64,000 bases of DNA from the NCBI GenBank assembly GCA_963708065.1, contig CAVPRZ010000004.1:326036-390035 (forward strand), in the 5' to 3' direction. This document shows, piece after piece, positions 37,876 to 47,443 of this stretch (position 1 is the first letter of the stretch; each line of letters starts with the position of its first letter). The notes under the pieces are model-generated. The model saw nothing but the letters and a program-made list of their open reading frames with translations. It did no database searches and was not told where the DNA came from. This DNA is from an uncultured Chloroflexia bacterium. Lineage in GTDB: Bacteria > Chloroflexota > Limnocylindria > Limnocylindrales > CSP1-4. The position numbers were made by a program, and so were the translations under genes.

Positions 37876-40211
37876 ATGCGTCGCTACGCGCCCGCCTCCG
37901 TCGAGGCCGTCCTCGACGGGCTGCTCGCCGAACCGTCGCTCGCGGGCGGCGTCGTCCACCACGAGGTGATCCCGGCCCGCGAGGCGCGGACCGCTCCCCT
38001 CCCCGCCTCGCTCGACCCTCGCCTCAGGCAGGCGCTCGCGTCGCGCGGCATCGAATCGCTCTACGTCCACCAGGCCGAGGCCATCGCGGCCGTGGCTGCC
38101 GGTGAGGACATCACCGTCGTCACGCCGACCGCGTCGGGCAAGACGCTCTGCTACGCCCTCCCGACGCTCCAGGCGCTCGCCGACGATCCGTCCGCTCGCG
38201 CCCTCTTCCTGTTCCCGACGAAGGCCCTCGGCCAGGACCAGGTCAGCGAGCTGTCGGAGCTCGCCCGGGCGGCCGACCTGGCGATCTCCGCGGCGACCTA
38301 CGACGGGGACACCCCGGCGCCGATCCGTTCGGCGATCCGGACCGCCGGCCAGGTCGTCGTGACGAACCCGGACATGCTCCACTCGGCGATCCTGCCCCAC
38401 CACACGAAGTGGTTCCAGCTCTTCGAGCAGCTCCGGATCATCGTCATCGACGAGCTCCACACCTACCGAGGCGTGTTCGGCAGCCACGTCGCGAACGTCA
38501 TCCGGCGCCTCCTCCGCCTGTGCGCCCACTACGGCTCGCACCCGGTCATCGTCTGCTGCTCGGCGACGATCGGGAACCCGGCCGAGCTGGCCGAGCTGCT
38601 GACCGGCCGGCCGAGCCGGCTCATCGACCGCAACGGCGCGCCGTCGGGCGAGCGCCATCTCCTGCTCGTCGAGCCGCCGCTGCTCGACCCGGCGACCGGC
38701 GCCCGGGGATCGGCCCTGACCCTGGCCCAGCGCTGGGCCCTGCCGTTCCTGCGGGCAGGACGCCAGACGATCGTCTTCGGCCGCTCGCGCGTCGCGGTCG
38801 AGGTCGTGCTGACCGGCCTGCGCGAGGCCCTCCGCGAGAGCTTCGGCCCGCGCAACCGCGTCCGTGGCTACCGCGGCGGCTACCTGCCGACGGAGCGTCG
38901 CTCGATCGAGCGCGGCCTGCGGGACGGCGAGGTGCTCGGCGTGGTCAGCACGAACGCCCTCGAGCTCGGTGTCGACGTCGGCCGGCTCGACGTCTCGATC
39001 CTGGCCGGCTATCCGGGCTCGATCGCCGGGACCTGGCAGCAGATCGGGCGGGCCGGGACGGCGCAACGGGACGAGCGTCGCCGTGCTCGTCGCCTCGGCC
39101 GCCCCGGTCGACCGCTATGTCGTCGGCCACCCGGAGTTCCTCCTCGACGGCGCGCCCGAGGAGGCCCGGATCGACCCGGACAACCTCCACGTCCTGCTCG
39201 CCCACATCCGGGCCGCGACGTTCGAGCGGCCGTTCGAGCCGGGCGAGGTGTTCGGTCCGGCCCCGGCCGACGACCTGCTCGCGTTCCTCGCCGAGGAGGG
39301 GCACGTCCGGCAGGCCGGTGACGGCCGCTGGTACTGGTCGTCCGAGAACTTCCCGGCCTCGGAGATCTCGCTCCGGACGGCCGCCCCGGAGAACGTCGTC
39401 ATCATCGACACCACGCCCGGACCGGCCGCGGGTCATCGGCGAGGTCGACCTGTTCTCGGCCCAGGTCCTCGTCCACGAGCAGGCGATCTACCTCCACGAG
39501 TCGGTCCAGTACCACGTCGACCGGCTCGACTGGCACGAGCGGAAGGCCTACGTCCAGCGGGTCGACGCCGACTACTACACGTACGCCAACCGCGCCGTGA
39601 CCCTCAAGCCGCTCGACGTGTTCGCGGACGCGCCGCGGACCGGCGGCCGGCGGGTCCACGGCGAGGTCATGGTCGCCAGCCTCGTGACGCTGTTCAAGAA
39701 GCTCAAGTTCGGGACCGACGAGAACGTCGGCTGGGGCCCGATCGACCTGCCCGAGCTCGAGCTCCAGACGACCGCCGCCTGGCTCACCGTCGGGCCCGAG
39801 GCCGCGGCCGTCGGACCGGGCGGGACGTGGCGGCGCGAGGAGCTCGACGTGGCCCTCGTCGGTGCCGGTCGGGCGATCCAGACCGTGGCGAGCGTGCTCC
39901 TGATGGTCGACCCGCGCGACCTCGGGCTCGTGACCCAGGTCCGCTCGCCCCACCAGGAGGCGCCCACGATCTACCTGTACGAGGCGGTCCCGGGTGGCGT
40001 CGGCCTGAGCGAGCGCCTGTTCGAGCGGGCCGACGAGCTCGTCGACGGGGCGGCCGGGCTGATCGCCCGGTGCGGGTGCGAGTCCGGCTGCCCGGCCTGC
40101 ACGGGTCCCCGGCTCGAGCCCGACGTCGACGCCAAGGCCCTCGCCCTGCGGCTGCTCGGCGCGCTCGGTGCCGGCGCTCCCGCGGATGCCCTCGTCGCCG
40201 CCGGGGCATGA
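37876..40211 (+). CDS. mrfA: MrfA/YprA-like DEAD/DEAH helicase with a C-terminal DUF1998 (4-Cys) domain, two frame breaks (near 39058 and 39427)
   Basis: VVTPTASGKTLCYALP, VIDELHTYRG, CCSATIGNP, STNALELGVDVGRLD and QQIGRAGRR are followed by PRVIGEVDLFSAQVLVHEQAIYLHE...YLYEAVPGGVGLSERL...ARCGCESGCPACTG. These are spread over ORFs 37876..39321, 38864..41650 and 38409..40211. GGAGG lies 9 nt upstream. Confidence 0.85.
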
Positions 40212-41650
40212 CCGACGCCGACCGCCTCGGACGCCGCCTCGCCGACCTCCGCCGGGCCCGCGACGCCGGCCGGGGGGCTGCCGGGGTCGAGGATGTCCGG
40301 CGCGACGCCGCCCGGGCCGAGGGCCTCCGGCGGGCGGAGCTCGCCCGGGTGTCGGCGGAGCGCGCCGAGCGACTGGCTGCCGCCGTGGACGGCGAGTGGG
40401 TCCGTGGGCCGGCCGGCGGCTACGTCCGGGTCGAATCCCCACCGCTCGAGCTGCCGATCGATCGCGAGCGGCTCGGCCGCCTCCCGGACGGCGCGCCACC
40501 CGACGTCCCGCTCGTCTGCCTCGACACCGAGACGACCGGGCTCGCCACCGGGACCGGGGTCGTCGCCTGGCTCGTCGGCCTCGGGCAGTGGCGGGGCGAC
40601 CAGTTCTGCCAGGTCCAGCTCATGCTGCCCGACCACGCCGAGGAGCCGGCGCTCCTCGAGGCCCTCGCGACCTCGATCCCCTCCGACGCCTGGCTCGTGA
40701 CGTACAACGGGCGCGGCTTCGACTGGCCCCTGCTCGTGACGCGCTACCGGATGAGCCGGCGCGCCCCGCCGCCGCATGCCGGGCACCTCGACCTGCTGCC
40801 CTTCGTCCGGCGGATCTACCGCCATCGCCTGAGCGATGCCCGGCTGAGGACCGTCGAGGTCGAGCTGCTCGGGATCGACCGCGGCCCCGACGTCGATGGT
40901 TGGGAGATCCCCGGCCGGTTCCTGCAGTTCCTCGGTGGCGGCGCCGCTGGACCGCTTGCCGAGGTCGTCCGGCACAACCACGAGGACGTCCGGTCGCTCG
41001 CCCGGCTCCTCGCCCATGCCGAGACGCGGCTCGGCGCCGAGTCGGACCGGCGGTCGGCTCCGGTCGGGGACCTGGCCGGTCTCGCCCGGGCGTACGGCCG
41101 GCTCGGCCGGCCGGACGAGGCGCTCGACTGCCTCGAGGTGGCCCTCGAGCAGCGCCCGAGCCGGGTCACCGCGGGCCGGTCGTGGACGGCGCTCCTGACC
41201 ACCCGCGCCGACGCACCCGACGAGCAGACGCCGGCGGATCGGCACGACCGCGAGGCGCTCCTGGTCCAGCGTGCCCGCCTGCTCCGGCGCCTGGGCCGCC
41301 ACGACGAGGCGCTCGCCACGTGGCGCGATCTCGGGTTCGGCGGCGGGCACTGGGCGGGGGTCGGCTGGATCGAGGTCGCCAAGATCCTCGAGCACCGCCG
41401 CCGGGACCCGATCGGGGCGCTCGAGGCCTGCGGCCGGGCCGACCGGATCGCCGAGCGTGCCCGCCTGCTCGGCCAGCGGCTGCCGCAGCTCGAAGCGGAC
41501 CTCGCCCGGCGCCGACGACGGCTGGCCCGACGGGTCGCGGCCGGGCGATCCGGCGAGCTCGAGTCGGGCCATGGCCCCAGCCCCGACGGGCCCGCCGACA
41601 CCGCGAGCTCGCCGGGCGCGATCGCGAGCGTCGCGATCGGCGGCGCCTAG
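40208..41650 (+). CDS. mrfB: MrfB/YprB-like DEDD (RNase H-fold) exonuclease with a TPR-like C-terminus
   Basis: MTDADRLGRR... lies inside ORF 38864..41650. Motifs VCLDTETTGL, YNGRGFDWPLL and HNHEDVRSLARL are present, followed by helical repeats. The ATG overlaps the mrfA TGA (ATGA, 40208-40211). Confidence 0.7.
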   Translation: MTDADRLGRRLADLRRARDAGRGAAGVEDVRRDAARAEGLRRAELARVSAERAERLAAAVDGEWVRGPAGGYVRVESPPLELPIDRERLGRLPDGAPPDVPLVCLDTETTGLATGTGVVAWLVGLGQWRGDQFCQVQLMLPDHAEEPALLEALATSIPSDAWLVTYNGRGFDWPLLVTRYRMSRRAPPPHAGHLDLLPFVRRIYRHRLSDARLRTVEVELLGIDRGPDVDGWEIPGRFLQFLGGGAAGPLAEVVRHNHEDVRSLARLLAHAETRLGAESDRRSAPVGDLAGLARAYGRLGRPDEALDCLEVALEQRPSRVTAGRSWTALLTTRADAPDEQTPADRHDREALLVQRARLLRRLGRHDEALATWRDLGFGGGHWAGVGWIEVAKILEHRRRDPIGALEACGRADRIAERARLLGQRLPQLEADLARRRRRLARRVAAGRSGELESGHGPSPDGPADTASSPGAIASVAIGGA

Positions 41651-42657
41651 CGCGGCCCGGCGCCCCCGTCCGACGCGGGATCGGGCGCGCCCACGCGGTC
41701 GGCCGTCGCGGGCTCGACGAGGCGACGGATCCCGTCGCGGACCATCCTGGTCAGGGTGGCCGCGCGATCGGGGACCGCGGTCAGCCCGGGGCCCTCGACG
41801 ACGAGCGCCCCGGCGGCCGCGGCGAACCGGATCTCCGGGTGCGCCCGTCCGCCGCGCCGCCCCCCGAGGGTGTGGTGGACGACGGTCGAGACGAGCGCCG
41901 AGAGGAACGTGTCGCCGGCTCCGGTCGGATCGAGCTCGCTGTCCGACGGGAGCGATCGGTAGTGGAGGACGGCATCGGGATCCGTCCCACCGACGACCAC
42001 CACGAGGCCGCCCTCGTGCCCCCGGGTCACGACCAGCCGGGCGCCCGGCCTGAGGAGCCTCGTCAGGGCCGCGATCGGCGTGTCCGGGTCGACGTCGCGA
42101 TGGCTGACCCCGACGAGGTCCGCCCGCTCCAGGATCGGCGACGGTCGGGGCGCCCGGCGGGTGACCCGCTCACCGGCGAGCAGGTTCCGGAGGAACCCCT
42201 GCCAGGCGACCGCGAGGTAGGCGGCGGCCGGGATCGCCGCGGCCCAGTCGTCCCCGATCTCGCCGGCGACCGGCGCGAGCTGCCAGGCCGGAGCCGCCAG
42301 CCACGAATCGGGGAACGCCGGGATCGGCAGCGGGATGCCCGGCCGGACGCACGTCTGGACGCGGCCGGTCGGCGTCTCGACGTTGTGGTAGATCGGGCCC
42401 TCGGCCAGCGGGACGAGCATCAGGTCGGCGCCCGCGTCCCGGAGGAGGTCGAGCTCCGCCGCCCCGCTTGCCGGCTCGTCGACCCCGATCACGGCGGCCG
42501 TCCGGAGCCCCAGCCGGGCCGTCGTCAGGGCGGCGTAGGTGACCCCGCCACCGAGACGCCAGCCACGCGGGTCGTCCGGCGCGACGTCGCGGCAGGCAGA
42601 CCCGATGTGGACGACCTCCGGGCCGCGCCGGCTCCGGCGCCGCGTCGGCTCAATCAC
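41647..42657 (-). CDS. PfkB-family (ribokinase-like) carbohydrate kinase
   Basis: Intact 336-aa ORF with a GTG start and the C-terminal motif DPTGAGDTFLSALV. Its stop overlaps the mrfB stop in the palindrome CTAG (41647-41650). Confidence 0.78.
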   Translation of the reverse strand: MIEPTRRRSRRGPEVVHIGSACRDVAPDDPRGWRLGGGVTYAALTTARLGLRTAAVIGVDEPASGAAELDLLRDAGADLMLVPLAEGPIYHNVETPTGRVQTCVRPGIPLPIPAFPDSWLAAPAWQLAPVAGEIGDDWAAAIPAAAYLAVAWQGFLRNLLAGERVTRRAPRPSPILERADLVGVSHRDVDPDTPIAALTRLLRPGARLVVTRGHEGGLVVVVGGTDPDAVLHYRSLPSDSELDPTGAGDTFLSALVSTVVHHTLGGRRGGRAHPEIRFAAAAGALVVEGPGLTAVPDRAATLTRMVRDGIRRLVEPATADRVGAPDPASDGGAGPR

Positions 42658-42689
42658 CGTCGGTCGACCCGCGGGGGTATCGTGTCGGC

Positions 42690-43106
42690 ATGTACTTCTA
42701 CGAGCTCCACGAGGGTGACGACGAGGTCTACGGCGATCTCCTCCTGGCCCATGACGAGCTGTTCGAGCCCGACGAGTTCTACGAGATGGTCCAGCTGGTC
42801 CGGCGCCGCGTCCAGGACGAGATCTCCCACGATACCCTCATCGAGGCGATCGCCGACGGCCTCGAGAGCGAGTACGGGTTCACCCCGATCGACGACGAGG
42901 AGCTGAGCGCCTCCGTCCATGTCTCGACCGTCGACGAGGAGAACAGCATCACTCCGGTCGGCCGGTTCGCGCCCGAGCCCGACTGGGGCGAGGACGACGA
43001 CGTCGACGAGGACGACGAGGACGAGGATGCCGGTCTCGCGAGCCTGCCGGACTACATCACGATCACGGCCGAGCTCCGCCCCGACGGGGAGCCCCGCCCC
43101 AACTGA
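42690..43106 (+). CDS. Hypothetical, strongly acidic small protein
   Basis: Intact 138-aa ORF MYFYELHEGDDEVYGDLLLAHDELFEPDEFYEMV...DWGEDDDVDEDDEDEDAGLASLPDY.... About one third of residues are D/E. TATCGT lies 6 nt upstream of the ATG. Confidence 0.55.
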   Translation: MYFYELHEGDDEVYGDLLLAHDELFEPDEFYEMVQLVRRRVQDEISHDTLIEAIADGLESEYGFTPIDDEELSASVHVSTVDEENSITPVGRFAPEPDWGEDDDVDEDDEDEDAGLASLPDYITITAELRPDGEPRPN

Positions 43107-43183
43107 CCCCTACCGGGGGGGCGTGCGAGAGCCGGGTCCCCCGACGCCCGGTGCCGCTCGCCCGGGACGGCCCGGGCGCGGCG

Positions 43184-44286
43184 TCAGCGACTGAACAGGA
43201 TCTCGACGACGTCCCCGTCGCGGACGTGGTAGGTCTTGCCCTCTGAGCGGAGCTTGCCGTGCTTGCGCGCCTCGGCGATCGAGCCCAGCTCGACGAGGTC
43301 CTCGTAGGTCACGGTCTCTGCCCGGATGAAGCCGTGGGCAAGGTCGGTGTGGATGGCCGCGGCCGCGTCGACCGCCGTCGACCCATCCGGGATCGGCCAG
43401 GCCCGGACCTCGTCGGGACCGGCCGTCAGGAAGCTGATCAGCCCGAGCAGCCGGTACGACAGCCCGATCACCCGATCGAGGCTCGACCCGGCCAGGCCGA
43501 GCTCGTCCATGAACGCCGTCGCCTCGTCGGGGTCGAGCTCGCCGAGCTCCATCTCGATCTTGGCCGAGAGGGCGTCGACGAGTGCGTGACGGTGGGCGTA
43601 GCGCCCGGCGATCCCGGCGACCAGGTCGGCCTCGCGCCGGATGTCCGCCTCGCCGACGTTGAGCAGGACGAGGACCGGCTTCTGGGTGAGGAAGCGGAAG
43701 CCGCGGATCACCCGCTCCTCCTCGGGGTCGAGCTCGGTATCGCGGATCGGGCGGCCCTCGACGAGGGCCGCATGGAGCCGATCGAGGATGGCTTCCTCGC
43801 GCTCGTTGGCGTCGCGCTCGGCCTGGCTGCCGTGGCGCCCGGTCGCCCGGAGCCGCTCGAGCCGCCGCTCGGTCATCGCGAGGTCGGCGAGGGTGAACTC
43901 GAGGTCGAGCCGCTCGAGGTCCCGCCAGGGGTCGACCGACCCCTCGGGGTGCGGCACGCGGGGTCGTCGAAGGCGCGCACGACGTGGAGCAGGGCGTCCG
44001 AGTCGCGCAGCCGGGCGAGGTGCTCGGCCGGGAGCTCCTCGGTGCCGACCCGGCCGTCGGTCGAGGGCGGGGGCGCCGGCAGGTCGACGTAGGTCACGTC
44101 GGCGTGGACGACCTTCTTCGGCCTGAAGATCTCGGCCAGCCGGTCGAGCCGCGGGTCGGGCACCTTGACGACCCCGACGTTGAGCTGGAGCCCGCCGAAC
44201 CCGCCGGTCTCGGCGTGACCGCGGGTGAGCGTGTTGAAGACGGTCGTCTTGCCGGAGGCGGCGAGCCCGACGATGGCGATCTGCAT
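43184..44286 (-). CDS. ychF: Ribosome-binding ATPase YchF, one frame break near 43960
   Basis: MQIAIVGLAASGKTTVFNTLT...LLHVVRAFDDPA (ORF 43873..44286) is followed by PHPEGSVDPWRDLERLDLEF...KPVLVLLNVGE...TGPDEVRAWPIPDGSTAVDAAAAIHTDLAHGFIRAE...GKTYHVRDGDVVEILF (tail of ORF 43184..44638). Confidence 0.9.
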
Positions 44287-44352
44287 GTGCCCGATTGTCG
44301 CCGGTCCGACGGCCGGCCGTAGGCCACGGCCCCGGGGCCGGCCGGCGCGAGG

Positions 44353-45381
44353 CTAGTAGCCGACGCCCGGATCGACGACGTTGAGGAGCGGCTCGCCGGC
44401 CGCGAAGCGGACCAGGTTCGTGCAGAACAGCTCGACGCTGCGATCGAGCACCCGACCGCTCGACCACGAGGTGTGCGGGGTGACGATCACGTTGGGCAGG
44501 TCGTAGAAGGGCGAGCCGGGCGGTTGCGGCTCGTCCCGGAACGCGTCGAGGACCGCCCCACCGAGCGGCCCGTCGCGGAGCGCCCGGAGGAGCGCCCGCT
44601 CGTCGACGAGCCGGCCGCGGGCCACGTTGATCAGCCACGCCCCCGGCTTGACCGCCGCGAGGGCCGCCTCGTCGATCAGCCCTTCGGTCTCGGGCGTGAG
44701 CGGTGCCGCGAGGACGATGAAGTCCGACTCGGCCAGCAGGTCGTGGAGGCCTTCCGGACCGGTCAGCCGGTCGATCCGGGCAGCCCCGTCGCCCGCGTCG
44801 GTGTCGGGCCGGCGGCGCGTCGCGACGACGCGGCTGCCGAACGCGGTCGCCAGCACCGCGATGGCCCGGCCGATCGACCCGAGCCCGACGATCCCGATCG
44901 TCACGTCGCGCAGCTCGGTGCCCTCGAGCGGCTGCCAGGTGTGCTCGCGCTGGAGCTCGAGGAGCTGCGGGAGGCGCCGGCTGACGGCCAGGATCATCAT
45001 CAGGACGTACTCGGCGATCGGATCGCTGAACACGCCCCGGGCGTTGGTCACGACCAGCCCTCGCTCGCGTCCGGCGGGGGTGAGGACCCGCTCGACCCCG
45101 GCTGAGGCGGAGTGGACCCAGGCCAGCCGCGGGGCGCGGGCGAGCAGCCGGTCGAACGCCTCGGCCGACAGGAACCCGCGGAGGAGCACCTCGACGTCGT
45201 CGAGCGGGCCGTCGGCCAGGCCCTCGATCGAGACGGTCACGAGCCGCGCCCCCGGTGCCGCGGCGCGGATCTGCTCGAGGTCGCGGCCGCGGTAGCGGGC
45301 CGACAGGATCGGGCTCAGCGCGATCGCCTCGGGGACCCCGCCGGGGCCCCGGCCCGGTCCGGCGACCGTGCGGACCGTCAC
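44353..45381 (-). CDS. D-isomer-specific 2-hydroxyacid dehydrogenase family, NAD-binding
   Basis: Intact 342-aa ORF: TIGIVGLGSIGRAIA, LINVARGRLVDERAL and TPHTSW. Confidence 0.85.
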   Translation of the reverse strand: MTVRTVAGPGRGPGGVPEAIALSPILSARYRGRDLEQIRAAAPGARLVTVSIEGLADGPLDDVEVLLRGFLSAEAFDRLLARAPRLAWVHSASAGVERVLTPAGRERGLVVTNARGVFSDPIAEYVLMMILAVSRRLPQLLELQREHTWQPLEGTELRDVTIGIVGLGSIGRAIAVLATAFGSRVVATRRRPDTDAGDGAARIDRLTGPEGLHDLLAESDFIVLAAPLTPETEGLIDEAALAAVKPGAWLINVARGRLVDERALLRALRDGPLGGAVLDAFRDEPQPPGSPFYDLPNVIVTPHTSWSSGRVLDRSVELFCTNLVRFAAGEPLLNVVDPGVGY

Positions 45382-45382
45382 C

Positions 45383-46582
45383 TCAGGCCGCCATCACCCG
45401 CGCCAGCCAGCGTTCCGGCGCCTCGATCTCACCCTCGCGCGGGAGCGATTCCGGGCCGGCCCACAGGCGCTCGAGGGCGGGCTTCCCCCCGCGGGCGGCG
45501 ATCGCGGCCACGAACCGCTCGCCCTTCTTGTACTGGTCGATCTTCATGTCCATGCCGGTCAGCCGCATGACGGCCCGCTCGAAGCCCGACTTGCGCTGCT
45601 CGCGCCGGGCGTGGAAGCGCTCGCTGATCCGCTCGACGTCGGGGACGAGGTCACGGCCGACCTCGTCCATGATGTAGTCGCTGAACCCCTCGAGCAGGCT
45701 CATCACCGCCTGGGTCTCGCGGAACAGGCGGCGCTGCTCGCTGCTCATCAGCCGCTCCATCCAGTGCTCGCCGTCGGCCTCGCCGCTGAGCGCCCGGCCG
45801 ACCCGCTTGAGCATCTCGCGGGGCAGGCCCTTCGTGCCGCTGGTGAACTCCGCCAGCTGCCGCTCGAGCCGGTCGGCGAGGTACGGCCGGAGCCAGGGGT
45901 GCGCCTCGAACTCGAACGCGTGGGTCGTCTCGTGGAGGGCGATCCAGGTCCGGAACGCGTCGAGCGGCACGTTGAGGATCGACGCCGTCTGGCGGATGTT
46001 CTCCTCGACGAACAGCAGCCGGCCGGGCGTCGTCTCGGCGCTCAGCAGGGCGAGGTCGTACTGGCCGAGGACCCGGGTGCCCATGAAGCCGAGCATGAAC
46101 CCGATCTGGCGGGTCGTGATCCAGCGGTTCGCGAGGGCGACCGACGCCTGGCCGATCCCGCCGCCGGGCGGCAGGATCTGGTCGAGGAGCGTCCCCTCGA
46201 GCCGGCGGATGAGCGCCGCGAAGCTGGTCGAGTTGGCCCGTACCCAGCCGGCCCGGTCGACCACCCCGGAGCGGCCGACGACGCCCGGCAGCTCCGTCCC
46301 GAGCGCCGCGCTGAGGCGAGGCACGATCCGGGCCATCGTCTCGGCGTAGGCGGGCTCGGTCGCCGCGAGCTCGGCCTTCGAGAGGGTGCCGGGGGCGTGC
46401 CGGAGCCGCCCGATCGCGACCCGCTCCGCCGCCGGCCAGTCGACCAGGCCCCGGCGCGCCGAACGCTCCATCCGTCGGGCGGCGATCGTGGCCGCCACGC
46501 CGAGCGCCGAGCCGACGAGGAAGCCCGCCTGCCAGATGCGCTCGTCGCGCCGCGTCCGGGTCGTGCCGCGGCTCTGGGTCAT
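45383..46582 (-). CDS. Zinc-dependent metalloprotease-like protein (DUF2342 / F420-biosynthesis-associated hydrolase family)
   Basis: Intact 399-aa ORF with the HExxH motif in WIALHETTHAFEF. Its length and layout fit my recollection of the DUF2342 family. Confidence 0.7.
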   Translation of the reverse strand: MTQSRGTTRTRRDERIWQAGFLVGSALGVAATIAARRMERSARRGLVDWPAAERVAIGRLRHAPGTLSKAELAATEPAYAETMARIVPRLSAALGTELPGVVGRSGVVDRAGWVRANSTSFAALIRRLEGTLLDQILPPGGGIGQASVALANRWITTRQIGFMLGFMGTRVLGQYDLALLSAETTPGRLLFVEENIRQTASILNVPLDAFRTWIALHETTHAFEFEAHPWLRPYLADRLERQLAEFTSGTKGLPREMLKRVGRALSGEADGEHWMERLMSSEQRRLFRETQAVMSLLEGFSDYIMDEVGRDLVPDVERISERFHARREQRKSGFERAVMRLTGMDMKIDQYKKGERFVAAIAARGGKPALERLWAGPESLPREGEIEAPERWLARVMAA

Positions 46583-47442
46583 GCGATCGCCACGTGGAGC
46601 TCGACCGTCGCGACGTCGGCGAAGCCCGGTCCGAACAGACGCTCGGCGAGGACGTGGAACGCCTCGGCCTCGCCGGTCGTGAGCTGGCGGTGGACGGCCT
46701 CGGCGGGGCCCGCCGGGGCATCGAGCCCGTTCATCGCGAGGAGGTCGACCAGGGCGGACGCCGTGGCCGTCGCCGAGTCGACCACCGCCACGCCGTCGCC
46801 GGCCACCGCCTGGATCACCGGCCGGAGCAGCGGGTAGTGGGTACAGCCCAGCAGGAGCGTGTCGATCCGGGCCGACGGCGGGAGCGGGAAGATGAACTCG
46901 CCGCTCGCATCGCGCTCGCCGAGGAGCGCCGCGAGCGATTCGCGGACGGTGGCCTCGACCTCGGGCCCGGCAAGGAGGCCCGCCTCGACCATCGGCACGA
47001 ACGCCGGGGTGGCGTGCTCGTAGACCTCGACGGCCGGGTTCTCCTCCTTGATCGCCTGGAAGTAGGCGTGCGAGCGGACGGTGGCCGGAGTCGCGATCAC
47101 GCCGACCCGTCGGACCCGGGTCGCCAGGGCGGCCGCGGCGGCCCCGGGCCGGATCACGCCGAGGATCGGCAGCGGGTAGCGCCGGCGCAGGTCGGTCAGG
47201 GCCACGGCGGTGGACGTGTTGCAGGCGATGACGACGGCCTTGACGTCGCGCTCCACGAGCCGGTCGAGGGCCTGCCGCGTGAACGCGAGGACCTCGTCGT
47301 CGGTCCGCGTGCCGTAGGGCGCCCGGGCATTGTCGCCGAGGTAGATCGTCGATTCGCCGGGCAGCCGGCGGACGATCTCGCGCAGGACCGTCAGCCCGCC
47401 GACCCCGGAGTCGAACACGCCGATGGGTCGCGGGTCCGTCAC
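46579..47442 (-). CDS. murI: Glutamate racemase
   Basis: Intact 287-aa ORF: IGVFDSGVGGLTVL, YLGDNARAPYG, VIACNTS and LGCTHYP. Its stop overlaps the downstream start (ATGA). Confidence 0.9.
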   Translation of the reverse strand: MTDPRPIGVFDSGVGGLTVLREIVRRLPGESTIYLGDNARAPYGTRTDDEVLAFTRQALDRLVERDVKAVVIACNTSTAVALTDLRRRYPLPILGVIRPGAAAAALATRVRRVGVIATPATVRSHAYFQAIKEENPAVEVYEHATPAFVPMVEAGLLAGPEVEATVRESLAALLGERDASGEFIFPLPPSARIDTLLLGCTHYPLLRPVIQAVAGDGVAVVDSATATASALVDLLAMNGLDAPAGPAEAVHRQLTTGEAEAFHVLAERLFGPGFADVATVELHVAIA

Positions 47443-47443
47443 A

